Below are positions 24,783-36,829 of a DNA stretch of 64,000 nucleotides, piece by piece. Position numbers and translations under genes: made by a program. Below the pieces are notes generated by a model, which saw only the letters and a program-made list of their open reading frames with translations, had not been told where the DNA came from and searched no databases. Source of the stretch: Pseudogymnoascus verrucosus (Eukaryota); the NCBI GenBank assembly GCA_001662655.1, contig KV460210.1. One strand, 5' to 3'. Position 1 is the first letter of the stretch. The number at the start of each line of letters is the position of its first letter.

Positions 24783-25775
24783 TCAATGCAAATCAAAAGG
24801 AATGTCTAAAATTTTCCCCGTAGGATTAACCAGAGCGTTCATAATATTCTCGAAGATGGCCTCCTGGGAGTTCTGATGGCCCTTGGGGCCCACAGATGAC
24901 CTTGAGGGAGACCATGACGATAGTGCCAAGTGGGCGTCCGGAAACCGCGTAGATAAAATGTTCAAAAGAGCGTCGCTCGAATCCTCAATATCCATTAAAC
25001 ACATCCCATTAGGGCTCGTGGCTATCAGGACGAAGCTCGATTTCCAGGGCTGGATGGTGTAGAAGATCTCCTTTGGCCTTGGCTTTGGCACTGCCACTCG
25101 GCTGGGCAATCCCGAGGCCACGGAGTAGAGGTCATCGATCAGATCGGTTTCATTCATACCCACAGCTCTGGATTGAGGCCTAATAGGCGACATGTGGCTG
25201 GATACCGAGCCCTTGGCAGCTGGGCCTTCTGGGACTGATGGGAGCTGATGTAGCACGGGCGTCGCAGGGCCTTCACTGGCGGTTTTACTCGCCAGATACC
25301 CAAGGGATGGTGTTTCTGAAGCAATCGACCGTGGCGACTTCAATTCAGCGTTTCCATCCTTCGCCAAGCCCTCGGCGTAAACCCGTGGTGTGACACCTGT
25401 AATCTTCTTGAAGACCCGATGGAAGTGGCTCTTCGTCAACCCGGCTTCTTCAGCCAGGTTTGCAAGCGACGGGATGGAGCCCTTCTCAGCCTGGATCTTC
25501 TCGATTGTGTGCCGCGCTCTGGCCACGAGGGTAGCTTGTGGGTCGTGCTTGTCAAGATCCGGTTTGCACCGCTTGCAGGCCCGAAACCCGGCCTCTTGTG
25601 CAGCAGAGGCGTCGTCTTGGAAGACCACGTTTGCTCGGCGCGCGAGTCGAGCACCACATGTCGGGCGACAATATATTCCCGTCGTCCTAACGCAATACAC
25701 GAAGCTGCCGTCGGCCAGGGGATCATGTGCTTCCAGAGCAGCCCAACGAGAGGACTCGGTCAGATAAGAGGCCAT
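24783..25775 (-). CDS. ada: Ada-like methylphosphotriester alkyltransferase/regulator (Ada Zn domain, AraC HTH, residual N-subdomain of the AGT fold); intronless
   Basis: RW.....DP.ADG.FVYCVRTTGIYCRPTC...NV.F.....A..AGFRACKRC (four Zn cysteines); HTH LANLAEEAGLTKSHFHRVFKKITGVTP. Confidence 0.9.
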   Translation of the reverse strand: MASYLTESSRWAALEAHDPLADGSFVYCVRTTGIYCRPTCGARLARRANVVFQDDASAAQEAGFRACKRCKPDLDKHDPQATLVARARHTIEKIQAEKGSIPSLANLAEEAGLTKSHFHRVFKKITGVTPRVYAEGLAKDGNAELKSPRSIASETPSLGYLASKTASEGPATPVLHQLPSVPEGPAAKGSVSSHMSPIRPQSRAVGMNETDLIDDLYSVASGLPSRVAVPKPRPKEIFYTIQPWKSSFVLIATSPNGMCLMDIEDSSDALLNILSTRFPDAHLALSSWSPSRSSVGPKGHQNSQEAIFENIMNALVNPTGKILDIPFDLH

Positions 25776-26297
25776 CGCAACGATTGAAGTCCAATCAGTC
25801 TTTTTCCTGCGCGTCTAGGGCGGTAATACAAGAAAATATAATTAATGTTCAGCTCATGGCCTGCGGGGTAAGCAGTGGACGGACGCTGCAAGATGACACT
25901 TTTTGCGCAGGATCCGTGACAGGTCAAATGTCACTGGGATAGCTCAACAGGTGTCCTCAGTTCGCAGAGTTTATGCAGGTTCCTTCAAACAGTTCATACA
26001 CCGAATATCAGGGCCCACATGCGATGAACAGTCAGAGAAACAGATCGAATGTTTCATCCCGACTTCGCTGTGGAAGAGCGAAAGAAGAAATATGTATGAG
26101 TGATGAAGAGTTTGATTGTGCTTGAGCATATGCAGCATGAAGCAGCATGGAACCAGAGAGATTATGTTGAACCAAGATGAACCAACAGTAGTAGTGCGTA
26201 TGGTGTGGTATATTAGAGATGAGTCACGTGCTACAGGGGCCAATGATACTCGGGATCCTACCGTGGTACTAGAGGTAGTATAGCGTAGTATACGCGT

Positions 26298-26448
26298 ATT
26301 ATAGCGAATTATAGCAAATTATAGCAAATTATAGCGAATTATACCGTACTATAAGATACCAATCGCGTGGCTGTATTGTGGCATTTCTGTCATTTCTGGT
26401 ATTTCTGGTATTTCTGGTATTCCTGGTATTCCTGGTATTCCTGGTATT
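26298..26448. repeat. Adjacent tandem arrays: 10-bp ATTATAGCRA x4 (26298-26343) and 9-bp ATTYCTGGT x about 7 (26383-26448)
   Basis: Read directly from the sequence. Confidence 0.9.
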
Positions 26449-27335
26449 ATTGCGGCGCCACTTGGTGTAATTAACTCGTGCACCTCGTGTAACTGGATAG
26501 CTCCGATCCATGTGCGCCCCTCTAATCTACTATAATCCTTACTTACTCGACTAATTCCGATACTACAATACTACAATAGAACTACTAATAGTTATCGCTC
26601 ACCGCTAACAGTACCGGAGCTAGACCGACCGGCAGAATATCCACCACCTTGGGGAACCTCTAGTCATAGATTGTCCAATCGATGGCCCATTCTCCCATTC
26701 AATTGCATATAGAACAGAGATAAATAATTCATACTGTAACCTTTATTACTAAATAAGGGAATTCACCTTCACATATAGAGCACCTGTATCATTTCTGCCC
26801 ATCCACTTTGCCCCACAAGTATTGGGCTGGGAATGTCCACTGAGGCGCAAAGCTGGTCAAACTCAAAAAGATTTCAATCTGAGCCGTCCAAGCAGAAATC
26901 CGCTAGCGAACAACCACTCGTCCCTCAAATACCAGAGGTATTCCTCACGCATTCTCTCTTTATTCCTACAACTCTCCAGCAAACAATAGATCTCGAGATA
27001 TTGGCGACCCTCTCGACTCGTAAGCCCTTATCTGGGGAGTCCACTCTTTGCCAAGTTCATAGCGGTCCCGCTAAGAGCCAAGATCCTCGGTTTTCTGCGC
27101 TCAACATTGGCGCCACTGGACCTGAATGCACCCTTTACAAATACGACGCTCGCTGAGGAGGAATCTGTAGCTTAGGTCTATACAAGCATACCTAAGCTTC
27201 AGGATACTGTTCGAAACGCGCGCGACAAGAAGTTCTCCAAAGGACTTGGCGAGCCCATAAGCAAGGTGCCACTCCGCGGCACAAGCCGACAAATTCGAGA
27301 CATCGAAGCTTTCGGAGCCGCGACCTTGACTCAGT

Positions 27336-30300
27336 ATGGCGTGGGAGCATCTGTCGATCAACAAGCCTCATTTGGTGTATCTCATCTTAGGCGGCTTCAC
27401 CTCTCTGTTTATGTTATGTTCGTCCTTTATCAAGGAAAGACTATACATCGGCGAGGCGACTGTCGCCACCATCTGCGGCATCATCTTTGGCCCGCATGCC
27501 GCCAACCTCATTGACCCCAGCACATGGGGAAATGTCGATCAAATAACCCTCGAATTCTCACGAATCGTCCTCGTGGTCCAATGTTTCGCCGTCGGCGTCG
27601 AATTGCCGAAATATTACATGGAGAAGCATTGGAGGTCCGTCACCTTCCTCCTCATACCTGTTATGACCTTTGGATGGCTCGTTACGAGTCTGTTCATTTG
27701 GTGGATGGTTCCTACGCTGAACTGGCTCGAGAGTTTGGTTGTGGCCTCCTGTGTCACTGCCACGGATCCCGTCCTGGCCTCTTCGGTCGTTGGTAAGGGA
27801 AAGTTTGCCAAGCGCGTACCTAAGCATTTGCGTGATCTTCTGTCCGCTGAATCGGGATGTAACGATGGCATGGCCTTCCCTTTCGTCTACCTGGGTCTTT
27901 ATATCATCCATTACAAGTCCCAGCCCTCACAAGTGGCGTTCCATTGGATTGTCGTCTCAATCCTGTACGAATGTGTGTTCGGTGCCATATATGGCTTTGT
28001 CATCGGATACATTGGCAGACGAGGCATCCGATGGGCCGAGAAGAACGATTTGGTTGATAGAGAGTCATTCCTTGTGTTTTATTTTGTCCTGGCACTCTTC
28101 TGTGCTGGATCGGGTAGTCTGTTAGGTGTGGACGACTTGCTTGTTGGCTTCGCCGCTGGTGTAGGCTTCTCCAACGATGGATGGTTTACACAGAAGACAG
28201 AAGAGTCCCATGTTTCCAACGTCATTGATTTGCTTATCAATTTGGCGTATTTTGTCTATTTCGGCACCATCATCCCTTGGGATCAGTTCAACTCACCTGA
28301 GCTGGGAACTTCCGCGTGGAAGCTGGTTATTATTGCGTTATTTGTCGTTTTCTTCCGGCGCATACCGATCATGTTAGCTCTCAAACCATTTATACCCGAC
28401 ATAAAAAGTTGGCGAGAAGCACTGTTTGCGGGTCACTTTGGCCCTATTGGAGTTGGAGCTATTTTCATTGCCATCCTCGCGCGAGCAGATTTGGAGACGG
28501 GTTCCACGACGCCTTTAGCAGTGCTCCCAGCAGAGGGCACGCCGCATTATCATCTCATCGCGTTGATATGGCCGATTGTAACGTTTCTCGTTATCACCTC
28601 TATTATCATCCACGGATCCTCGATTGCTGTTTTCACGCTCGGAAAACACATCAATACGTTAACACTGACGATGTCATACACGACTGCCAATGAAGAAGGA
28701 CCCTCTTGGATGAACAGACTGCCCCGAATTTCATCACAGTCCAAGTCAATGTCCAAAATGTCGGATACTGACGCCGACGACATCAAGATGGAGGATCTCC
28801 CACCAGGAGCGCTTCCACCTGTTGGCGTTCCAGGAGCTTTCCTTAGAAGGCAAAAGGAAGAAGATACGGGCAAACCAAATGCTCGCAGTTCATCTATCAT
28901 ACCTAGGCGAAGGAAGAAGTCCAAATGGGACGGATATGGACCAGGAGGACCTGTCAGCCAGTCGGCTATCGCGCCGCAGCCTCGCAACCAAAGCCAAAAC
29001 ACATCTGCAACCTTGACGCCAGAGTCTACAAGCCATGAAGGCGAAGGAGAGGGCGAGGAGGAGAGGGGCGAAAGAGTAATTGGAAAGGTTCAGCACGATG
29101 AGGAAATGGAAGAGATTATGCACCATGGCGAGGAAGAAGAACGCCCAGAACACCACAAGTCCAACGCCGAACGTCATCCCCACACATATGAAGCTTATCA
29201 AGAGGGCGATCACGTTATCATCGAAAATGAAGATGGCGATGTCCTCTCGGTCGAACAATCTCCTCCCGAGGAGGGTAAGGAAGAGAAGCTTGGCGAAGTC
29301 GGGGCGAAAGCAAAGGAAGCTATGGAGCACCCCGAGACTGGCTACAAGCAGTTCAGGAAGAAAATCGGCGAGTGGAGGCACCGTGATGAGGGCGAGGAGC
29401 AGAAGCCCAAGCAGAAATCCAAACGTGGCCCAGCACTGGCTTACCAGTTCGGTAACACTGTAAGTTTATGACGCATATTCGATATAAATATTGTCACTAA
29501 CTCTCGCAGATTATTGTCGAAGATGAAGACGGCGAAGTCGTTAAGAAGTATGATCTTCCATCTCACAGGGACACTAAGAAGGCCGAAGCAGGCGCCGCCA
29601 AACCAAAAACCCCACGTAAGGACAAGGCAGGAGAAGAGGCAGGCGCACAAGAGGGCGAGAGCTCCGAGGCCCAACAGACTGGTCAAAGCAAGCTGATCCA
29701 AGGTCTCAACAAGTGGAGTGGCTTCAACGCAATCAAGGAAACCCAAATCTTCGACTCCTTCAAGGAGAACAAGGATGACTACAAGGACGACGAACACATC
29801 CGCTTCACCATCGGCAGCGCCGGCCGCCGCCTCACCAAGGAAGACTTCCTCAACGAGATCCGCTCCCTAGACCCTAAGGGCCGCGCAGCCGTACTCGAGA
29901 GGTCCGACGCACCCCCCGCCATGAAAGATCTCGCGCGCAGAGACGCAGACGCCAGCATCCCCGGCTCAAACCGCCTCTTCAGCGCAAAGAACGTGCAATC
30001 CGGCGCCTCCGCAGCCGCTGCAAAGGTCGTCGGTGCCGCGATGGCAGGTGCCCACGCGCCGAAACCCGAAGAGCTGGACGGAGCAGCCAGTAGCAGCAGC
30101 AGCCGTAGCAGCGAGGACGCCGAGGAGCACCGCGCGGTGGCTAGGAAGCACAGAGCGCTGTTCGCGCACGCGCAGGACTCGGAGGACCGCGGGGCTGGCT
30201 CGCCGGGTCGCACTGGTGTCATCGCGTCGACTGGGTCGCCTTCGGGTGAAGTCCCCGAGTCGGCTGCGGAGCGAAGGCGCCGCGAGCAAGCACTCAAGGG

Positions 30301-30595
30301 GGTCGATGATGATGATGTTCCCGCCACGAAGCGCGTAGCTACCCCTGCTGATAGGCGCAGAGAGTCTGCTACTACGGCGAGGAGAAACTTGGTCTCTGGA
30401 GCGACGAGAGATGATTCCGAGACGCCTGCTGAGTGGAGACGTCGTATCGCAGCGCTAGGACACAGCGAGGAGCAAGAAGGCGATGAGGATGAGGCGTCCC
30501 CGACTGTGCCGACGCTACAGAGCCAGTCGTCGACTGTGAGCGGGAAGAGTCGCGGGATCCGGTTTGCAGAGGACCCGGTGCGAGGACGCAAGTGA
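27336..30595 (+). CDS. NHA1: Plasma-membrane Na+(K+)/H+ antiporter Nha1/Sod2; intron 29460-29509
   Basis: FIKERLYIGEA, TATDPVLASSVVGKG, LSAESGCNDG, GVDDLL and EALFAGHFGPIGVGA; exon 2 (IIVEDEDGEVVKKY...) is in frame to 30595. Confidence 0.95.
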
Positions 30596-31477
30596 GTGAG
30601 TGGGTGGAGACGACGTACACAATACCAACAATAGATTTGAAATTTTCGCGGAAGCGTCGTTTTCTAATTACGATTTTCTTGGGGATCTAAGGAATTCGAG
30701 CGGTTTGCTTTGTTTTTTGGGGCTGGGGAGGCTTTTGTTTTTGGGAAATTTTGGGAGAGCCCCAGAATGGATGCTGGTTTGTTAATAGACTTGTGGTTTT
30801 TCAAACGGATTCTCATGGTTCTTATGGGATGGTACTGCGGATGCAGAGGTAATGGTTGTATGGGAACGTGCGGGTTATGACTATATGGGAGCGGCTCTTT
30901 GGTCGGGGGGGTTTTCGGGATTCTTGGGACTGGTTTGGGGGGAACTACCTCTGACAGTTTTGGCAAGATGGGCGAGAAAGGATCTCGATGGGCTGAGAGA
31001 GGGCCTAATAGTTAATGTCTTTCTACTGAATCATAAGGAAACAGATACCAATTTCAAAGGATTACCTCGAATCTTCAATGCCCCCTAGCTTGTTCGTGAC
31101 CGCGCACATCTCACAATCACAATATAGTAGTAGATACCCATCAGTCGTTGTAAAGAGATCTATTAATGGTATCATGAGTCCTTAGTCGAAAAAGCTATGC
31201 CAAAGGCACTACAAATACATTGTCCCTCCCCCCCCCCTCAAGTTCTACAGCCGCAAACGCCGAGTCTCGGATGCTTGTATCAGCACCCTCGTTTCCCTCC
31301 CGCAGCCTGCTTGTTCCGACACCTGCGCCATGCTAATGAGCCTGTTTCCTTCTCTCGCAACACACAATCATCAGCATCATGAAATCTGCCGCCCCACTAC
31401 ATCCTCCTTCTCGGGTTTTTCCCCATGGGTTCATTCATACATGAGCATCAACCCCTTGCATCATACTCCAAGGCGAA

Positions 31478-33190
31478 TCAAGGACTCGCCCACCCTCCTG
31501 CAACATCGACCCACTCAGCCATGCAACTTCCCTCCTTCCCTTCCACATCAACAATATCCGTATCGCAGCGGCATCGGCACCCGACGCCATTCTCCTTCGG
31601 GTCATCCCAGCTGTCCCAGTACTCGTCTTCCTCGCGCCTCTTGCGCGGGTTGGTAGTCGTCATCTCGGGCCACGGGTCGCGCTTCAGCTGTCGCGCTGGC
31701 GCATTGGCAGGGCAATGCTGGATGGTTGTGTGGCGGTATCCGAAGTCGCGGAAATAGTGGACTTGGCTCGGGGAAAGGAGGGCGCCAGCGGCCAGGGAGT
31801 GGATAGGTGCGTCACCCCACTGTATCTTGTTAGCAAATACTCTGTTACAAAATCAGGGAAAGGGGAAACGTACCCTCTCCATCCAGAAACCGCCACTGCG
31901 GTCCATCATCTGAAAGAAGTCCTCGTACTCCTTGCTCCTGAACCAGCTGAGGCTTGCAATCTCGAAATTCGACCAGAAATGGCACATGTTGTATTTCTCG
32001 CCTTCCATGGCTTCTGGGTCGACATCAGGTAGTGATGAGCCCTTGCGGAGAATCGGCTCTGGGATAGGAGGCTTGTAGCCTGGCGTGTCTTCTGGGCGTT
32101 TCTTCTTCGGTCCCTCTGGGTCAGGCTCGACGAACATCTCCCAGAGCCCCTTGGACTTGATGTTGTTGGTTCTCATATACGCAGATGCATATCGGAAGAT
32201 ATTGGGGACTGTCTCCTTCAATTCCTTCACGGCGATGGTAAACCCGTATGTCTTGTTATTTTCGATCATCTTTTGGAACGGATCACTGCAGTCGTTAGTT
32301 TGGCCCAGCAACTATGGTATAGAACGCTTACTAAGTGATATCACAGAAGTACTTGATCTCTGGCTCGAGGCGCCAGTACCACTCGTACTTTTGCAACAAT
32401 TCATGCTTGTAGAAGAATCTATTTTCATTAGCGACGTTCCATTTCAAAGGGTCCTGTTGTCCGGACATACCCAGAGTAGAATCTGCACATGGAATGGTAG
32501 CTCTCCATGCCACCATACATAATTGCGGCGTCGCCTTGCTTTGCAATTCCCTCCTTCGCAACCCGTGGATCGATCCAATCTGGAAAGCCCCACATGCTCG
32601 GGTCGATTTTCCCAAACTCCACCGACGAACTGGTATAGTTTTGGACCGTCTCCTTGAAAGTCGAGTTGAAGTCGCCGTCATTGAGAAAGACGTATGGGTA
32701 ATGATACCATCTGTTGAAATGGCGCTCAATAGACTTGATCGATTGGATAACCCCCTCCAACTCCTTATTTCTTGCCAAAACAACAAACGCGGCATTAGCC
32801 CTTGGCTTCGTGGTATCCGGAACGTCGCATCCTGTCACAAACACCTTGTCGTACTTCTCGCTAATTTTCCTGTAAATCCATTAGTTACGATCCTGAGCCA
32901 TCCGTTCACGAGCCATACCTTATAGCTGGAGGACTCCCCCCCGGCGTTAATAACCCCCTTCCCGGTGACGACGGGTGCCGCACAAACAAAACCAAGATGC
33001 AAACAACGACCATAAAGGGAAACAAAAGCACGACGCCGAGAGGTACGGAAACGGCCGAATTGCCTTTTAACCGCAGGGGGCGTCTGAAAAATGCCCATCT
33101 AGAGGTCTTGTTTTTGCTCCCTGCCTCCTTCATCGTGGGCAAATCTGTCACCGTTGGCAACCGCTTCATAGCGCGCCGCACAACCTCCAT
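31478..33190 (-). CDS. GT15 alpha-1,2-mannosyltransferase (KRE2/KTR family, KTR5/7-like); multi-exon
   Basis: Type II TM anchor; NAAFVVLARN, YPYVFLND, ESYHSMCRFYSG, YEWYWRLEP, CHFWSNFEIA and ER|WGDAPIHS. Confidence 0.92.
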
Positions 33191-33567
33191 AGCTGCGAAG
33201 GTATTTCGATATCGTGGTTACTGTATTATTCGCATGTGGACTTCCGCACCAGCTGTATTATAATCGTCGCAATCATGAATAAAATCGCACGCGCAATTGA
33301 GGGTAACTGTAGAGTAGCAAGATCCAACTTGGGCCCTGTAGAGTTAACAAGGTCCAAATTGGGCCAAGGACCCAGAGACGGGAAGGAGACACCACAATTA
33401 GTTGCACACCGCCCTGTACATCAACAATTCTGCCGTAATTTAGCCCCTCGAAACACCAAATAAATGTAATCACGTGCACTACTTTTTACCAACAGCACGG
33501 TTTCTATATTCAGCCTCGACGACCCCGCCTTGGCACTATCACAGCCAATTAACAATCCTCTGTCGAC

Positions 33568-34044
33568 ATGTCCCCCAAAATCACCTCCAAAAGTCTCTCA
33601 TACGATTCGGCTCTCCCCCCCTTCCTCCAACGCCTCCGTGCCGAGAACACTGGAGGCTCCACAGCCGCGCCACGCGCCAGACGCGCCCCGAATCCTGACG
33701 CCGACGAGGAGGATGAGCCGGTCTATGTGGATGAAGAGGGGGCAGCTCTCGACGATGATGAGCTACACAGTTTAGGTGTGACGAAGAAGGGCGGAAAGAA
33801 AGGCGAGCAAGCTGCAGAGGAGGCCAAGCCAGAGGCAGTGGAGCCAGAAAGGAAAGAGGAGAAGATTGCGGCAATTGGGGCAGCGAGGAAACGAAAGGTT
33901 GGGAAAGTTGTGGGAGCCTCGGAGGAGGAAGAAGGGAAGGGCAGTGATAAAGCGGCAGTCACCCCCGGGAAAGATAAACAGGCGCCGCCACAGAAGAAAA
34001 AGAAGGTCAAGAAGGTGAAGCTGAGCTTTGGGGATGATGAGTGA
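33568..34044 (+). CDS. Small Lys/Glu-rich conserved protein (DUF4604-like)
   Basis: LSYD..LPPFLQRLR at the N-terminus, DEEDEPVYVD, and a KVKLSFGDDE end. Confidence 0.7.
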   Translation: MSPKITSKSLSYDSALPPFLQRLRAENTGGSTAAPRARRAPNPDADEEDEPVYVDEEGAALDDDELHSLGVTKKGGKKGEQAAEEAKPEAVEPERKEEKIAAIGAARKRKVGKVVGASEEEEGKGSDKAAVTPGKDKQAPPQKKKKVKKVKLSFGDDE

Positions 34045-34872
34045 GGATCAGATGGGCTGTGCTTGGAGTTCATTTGAAGGCAGGGGGGTGATGCATTGGG
34101 TGGTCGGAATACTGTGCATTGGCTATAGGGAACAGGGATTGTTACGGGTGGCGTTCGGGAGTGCCTAGAGATACCCATTGATTATATAAAACGCGTTTAT
34201 TTCACGCCATGGAAGCTGTCAACACCTAGATATAGCGCCCATACTATGCGGTCCCTTTAATAAGAATTGACCATGTTGCATCAGAGGCACAGCAACTGTG
34301 GCCCTTGGCAGTTAGGTAAGATACTAGACGGGTTTCCCACGCCCCATGGCGCTCAACAGTAAGGTTTTGCATTGAAGATGTGTGTTATGCGAAGCTATAT
34401 CCCACCAATTCCTAACCCCTTCCAAATACGCCCCTGAAGACCAGGCCCCAGCCACCGAATCTAGCCTCAATCGACGGCATCAAAACGAAGCAAAACACGA
34501 AAGGCCGCCCCGCCGCCTACCTCGCCCAGGCATAAAAAATGCTCATATAACTTTGGCGAGTGATTCTTGTGGACGGAAGGAGGAGGATCCAAGTCGAATC
34601 GAGCTCATTTCAAAATGAAAGAAGAACAAAGAAAATCGTATAATCGCATTGCTGTTTGCTGGTCCACCACCGGGATTTCCATATTTCCTGCCAACGCCGT
34701 GTGATAATCTGGATGGATAATGTAGGAAAATTGAGACTGCTGGGTAAGTATTGTGCAGGATGTGCTGTTGGTGTGTTAAAAGTGTGATTGGGAATCTTGC
34801 TGAATTAGATGTATATGTCCGAGTTGCTGCAGCTCTCCATTGAAATCATCAGATACCAGCACGGTGGGTCGC

Positions 34873-35893
34873 TCATGCCTTCGATTGCACGAAATCCCAG
34901 AGCATTCGCACGAGAGCGTCCGGGAGCGTGTAAAGGTCGACGTGGAATTCGCCTTCTACAGTATCATCAGTGACTGGAGACTTGGGGCGCCAGAGGCGTG
35001 GAGGGGGTTTGGGAAAGCAACGGAGCCTGACCCAGGGGGTCTTGGGAGGGACAGTATTCTCGGGTCCGGGGGTTTGGGGCTTGACAAAAAGTATGGGCCG
35101 AGGTGGCGACTTACGGTCAACGTCGTTTTTCGTGTATGTCTCGTCGGACTTGTTGTCGTGGATCATCTGTACCACTTGGAGTAGATCATCCTCCTGCAAC
35201 TTCACAAGCCCGTCGGCAAGCCTGTCCATGTCCACCTGTCCTGTCTTCTTCTTCTTTCTCGCGTCGGCGTCGCCACCCTTCTTGCGCGCGCCGTTCGCGT
35301 CGTCTGGCACGGGTCCCGACTTGCGCAGCACGTCGAGGAGGTTGGGGTTTGGGTTCTTGAAGTTGATCACATGCTTGGCCTCGTATCGGGGCTGCGCAAA
35401 GTTGAGATCGTGCGCAATTGTGTGCTTTCCGCCCTTCTCAACTGCGTGGAGGTCGATAGTCAAATCAAACTCTCCCCAGCCCTCATTCTGGCAGCGGAAC
35501 GGTGGCTTTTCGAATGCTGTAGGATATAGATTAGCTCCCATCTTTGACAATTCCATGTAGGGGTCATACTTTGAGTTGGATTCGCGAAAGACGCATGTAA
35601 ATTGTAGGTTGCCTTTGAGAAGATGTTCGCCTCGATCTGGTTGCCGGCCTCATCCAAAAGGAAGATCTCAATGCTCCATAGCTTCATTGGAAAGCCCTCA
35701 ACTTCTGGGGCACGGCCACTGTGTCGCAGACAGTCAGTAAATCTGCCTTCCGCCGGATATGAGCACGAATGCGCGTTCACTCACGGAATTGTTGACTGCT
35801 CAGTCACCACCTTCACCGTACGTTTGACCTATATGAATCAGCGATTGTAGGTGATAAATGCAGAACCTGTTCACAAGAACTTACTTCAACCAT
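34873..35893 (-). CDS. TAF14: TAF14 YEATS/ET-domain transcription factor subunit; multi-exon
   Basis: MVE|VKRTVKVVTEQ, EGFPMKLWSIEI, YNLHASFANP, PPFRCQNEGWGEF, LA..L.KL.EDDLLQVVQM and GEFHVDLYTLPD. Confidence 0.92.
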
Positions 35894-36829
35894 TATAGCG
35901 ATTTGTTTGTGTTAATGCGACCAGATAGATGGCAGTTCGTGCGAGGCAAATATACGCTGGTGAATGTTGAATGAGCTGTTGCGATTTTGGAGCTCACGCC
36001 GGAATGGGTAGTGATATCGGTGGACGCGGGGAGCTCAATGGCGGTAACCTTAATTAACCGAGTTTGTGTTTCGTGTGACCGCGTTTGTCACGTGTTGAAC
36101 TCGTTATGACTTCACCTAACAGAGCAAAGAAATCAAGGTGCCACAAATGAATTTGACAACAAATTTCACTTTGAAGAGTGATATTGTAACTCTGGTATGT
36201 GTGGAAACCCTTTGACGGTGATCTGGGTTTCACGCGACCCGTAAGCGATATATATCCAGTGAGATGGTAAAGCTAAATTCACATATGGATATTAAATACT
36301 CACATTAAATATTCCTAGAAATTCCTATTGATTCCACCCAAAGCCTATCAATAAAAAGACATCACGCAACATTTTCTTTTACTACGCTACAGAAATGCTA
36401 GCAACTACATGTTAGTATCACGGAACAGTTTTGTTCGTCGGATGTTCGTAAAATCCCGAGAATTATATTGCTGTGCCAAATGACTGGAGGAGAATAAAGC
36501 ATCGTAATCTAACTTAAGTATCTAAACCATTGGATAATAATCTATGGCTGATTAACCTTCATGCATTGCGCTTCCAATATCCTCCCAGCTGACATATCAG
36601 TTGGACCGCTTCGACCGCTTCAAAGTCCAGGCCAATCTGAGTGCCACCATAATGTATGGACACGTACTACGGGTAACTGCTTGCATCTGAGGTATATGCA
36701 AGCCGGGGGAGGGGTGATGACGGGGAATATAGAGTTCATGCCAAGAGTTTCATGAGGTTCGTAATTGCAATGTGAAAGTTCTTTGTTGAGATTCGAATTG
36801 ACTCCACAGCTTAGGAAAGCAGGCTAAGT

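Noticed and set aside
25780..25930. Ada box (AAT-N6-GCAA) upstream of ada
   Set aside because: A GCGCAA core is present near 25903 but the AAT element is not at the expected spacing.
26298..26448. CRISPR-like array, or the NTR-repeat ORF 26329-26511
   Set aside because: No unique spacers, eukaryotic context, and the ORF is a by-product of the 9-bp repeat.
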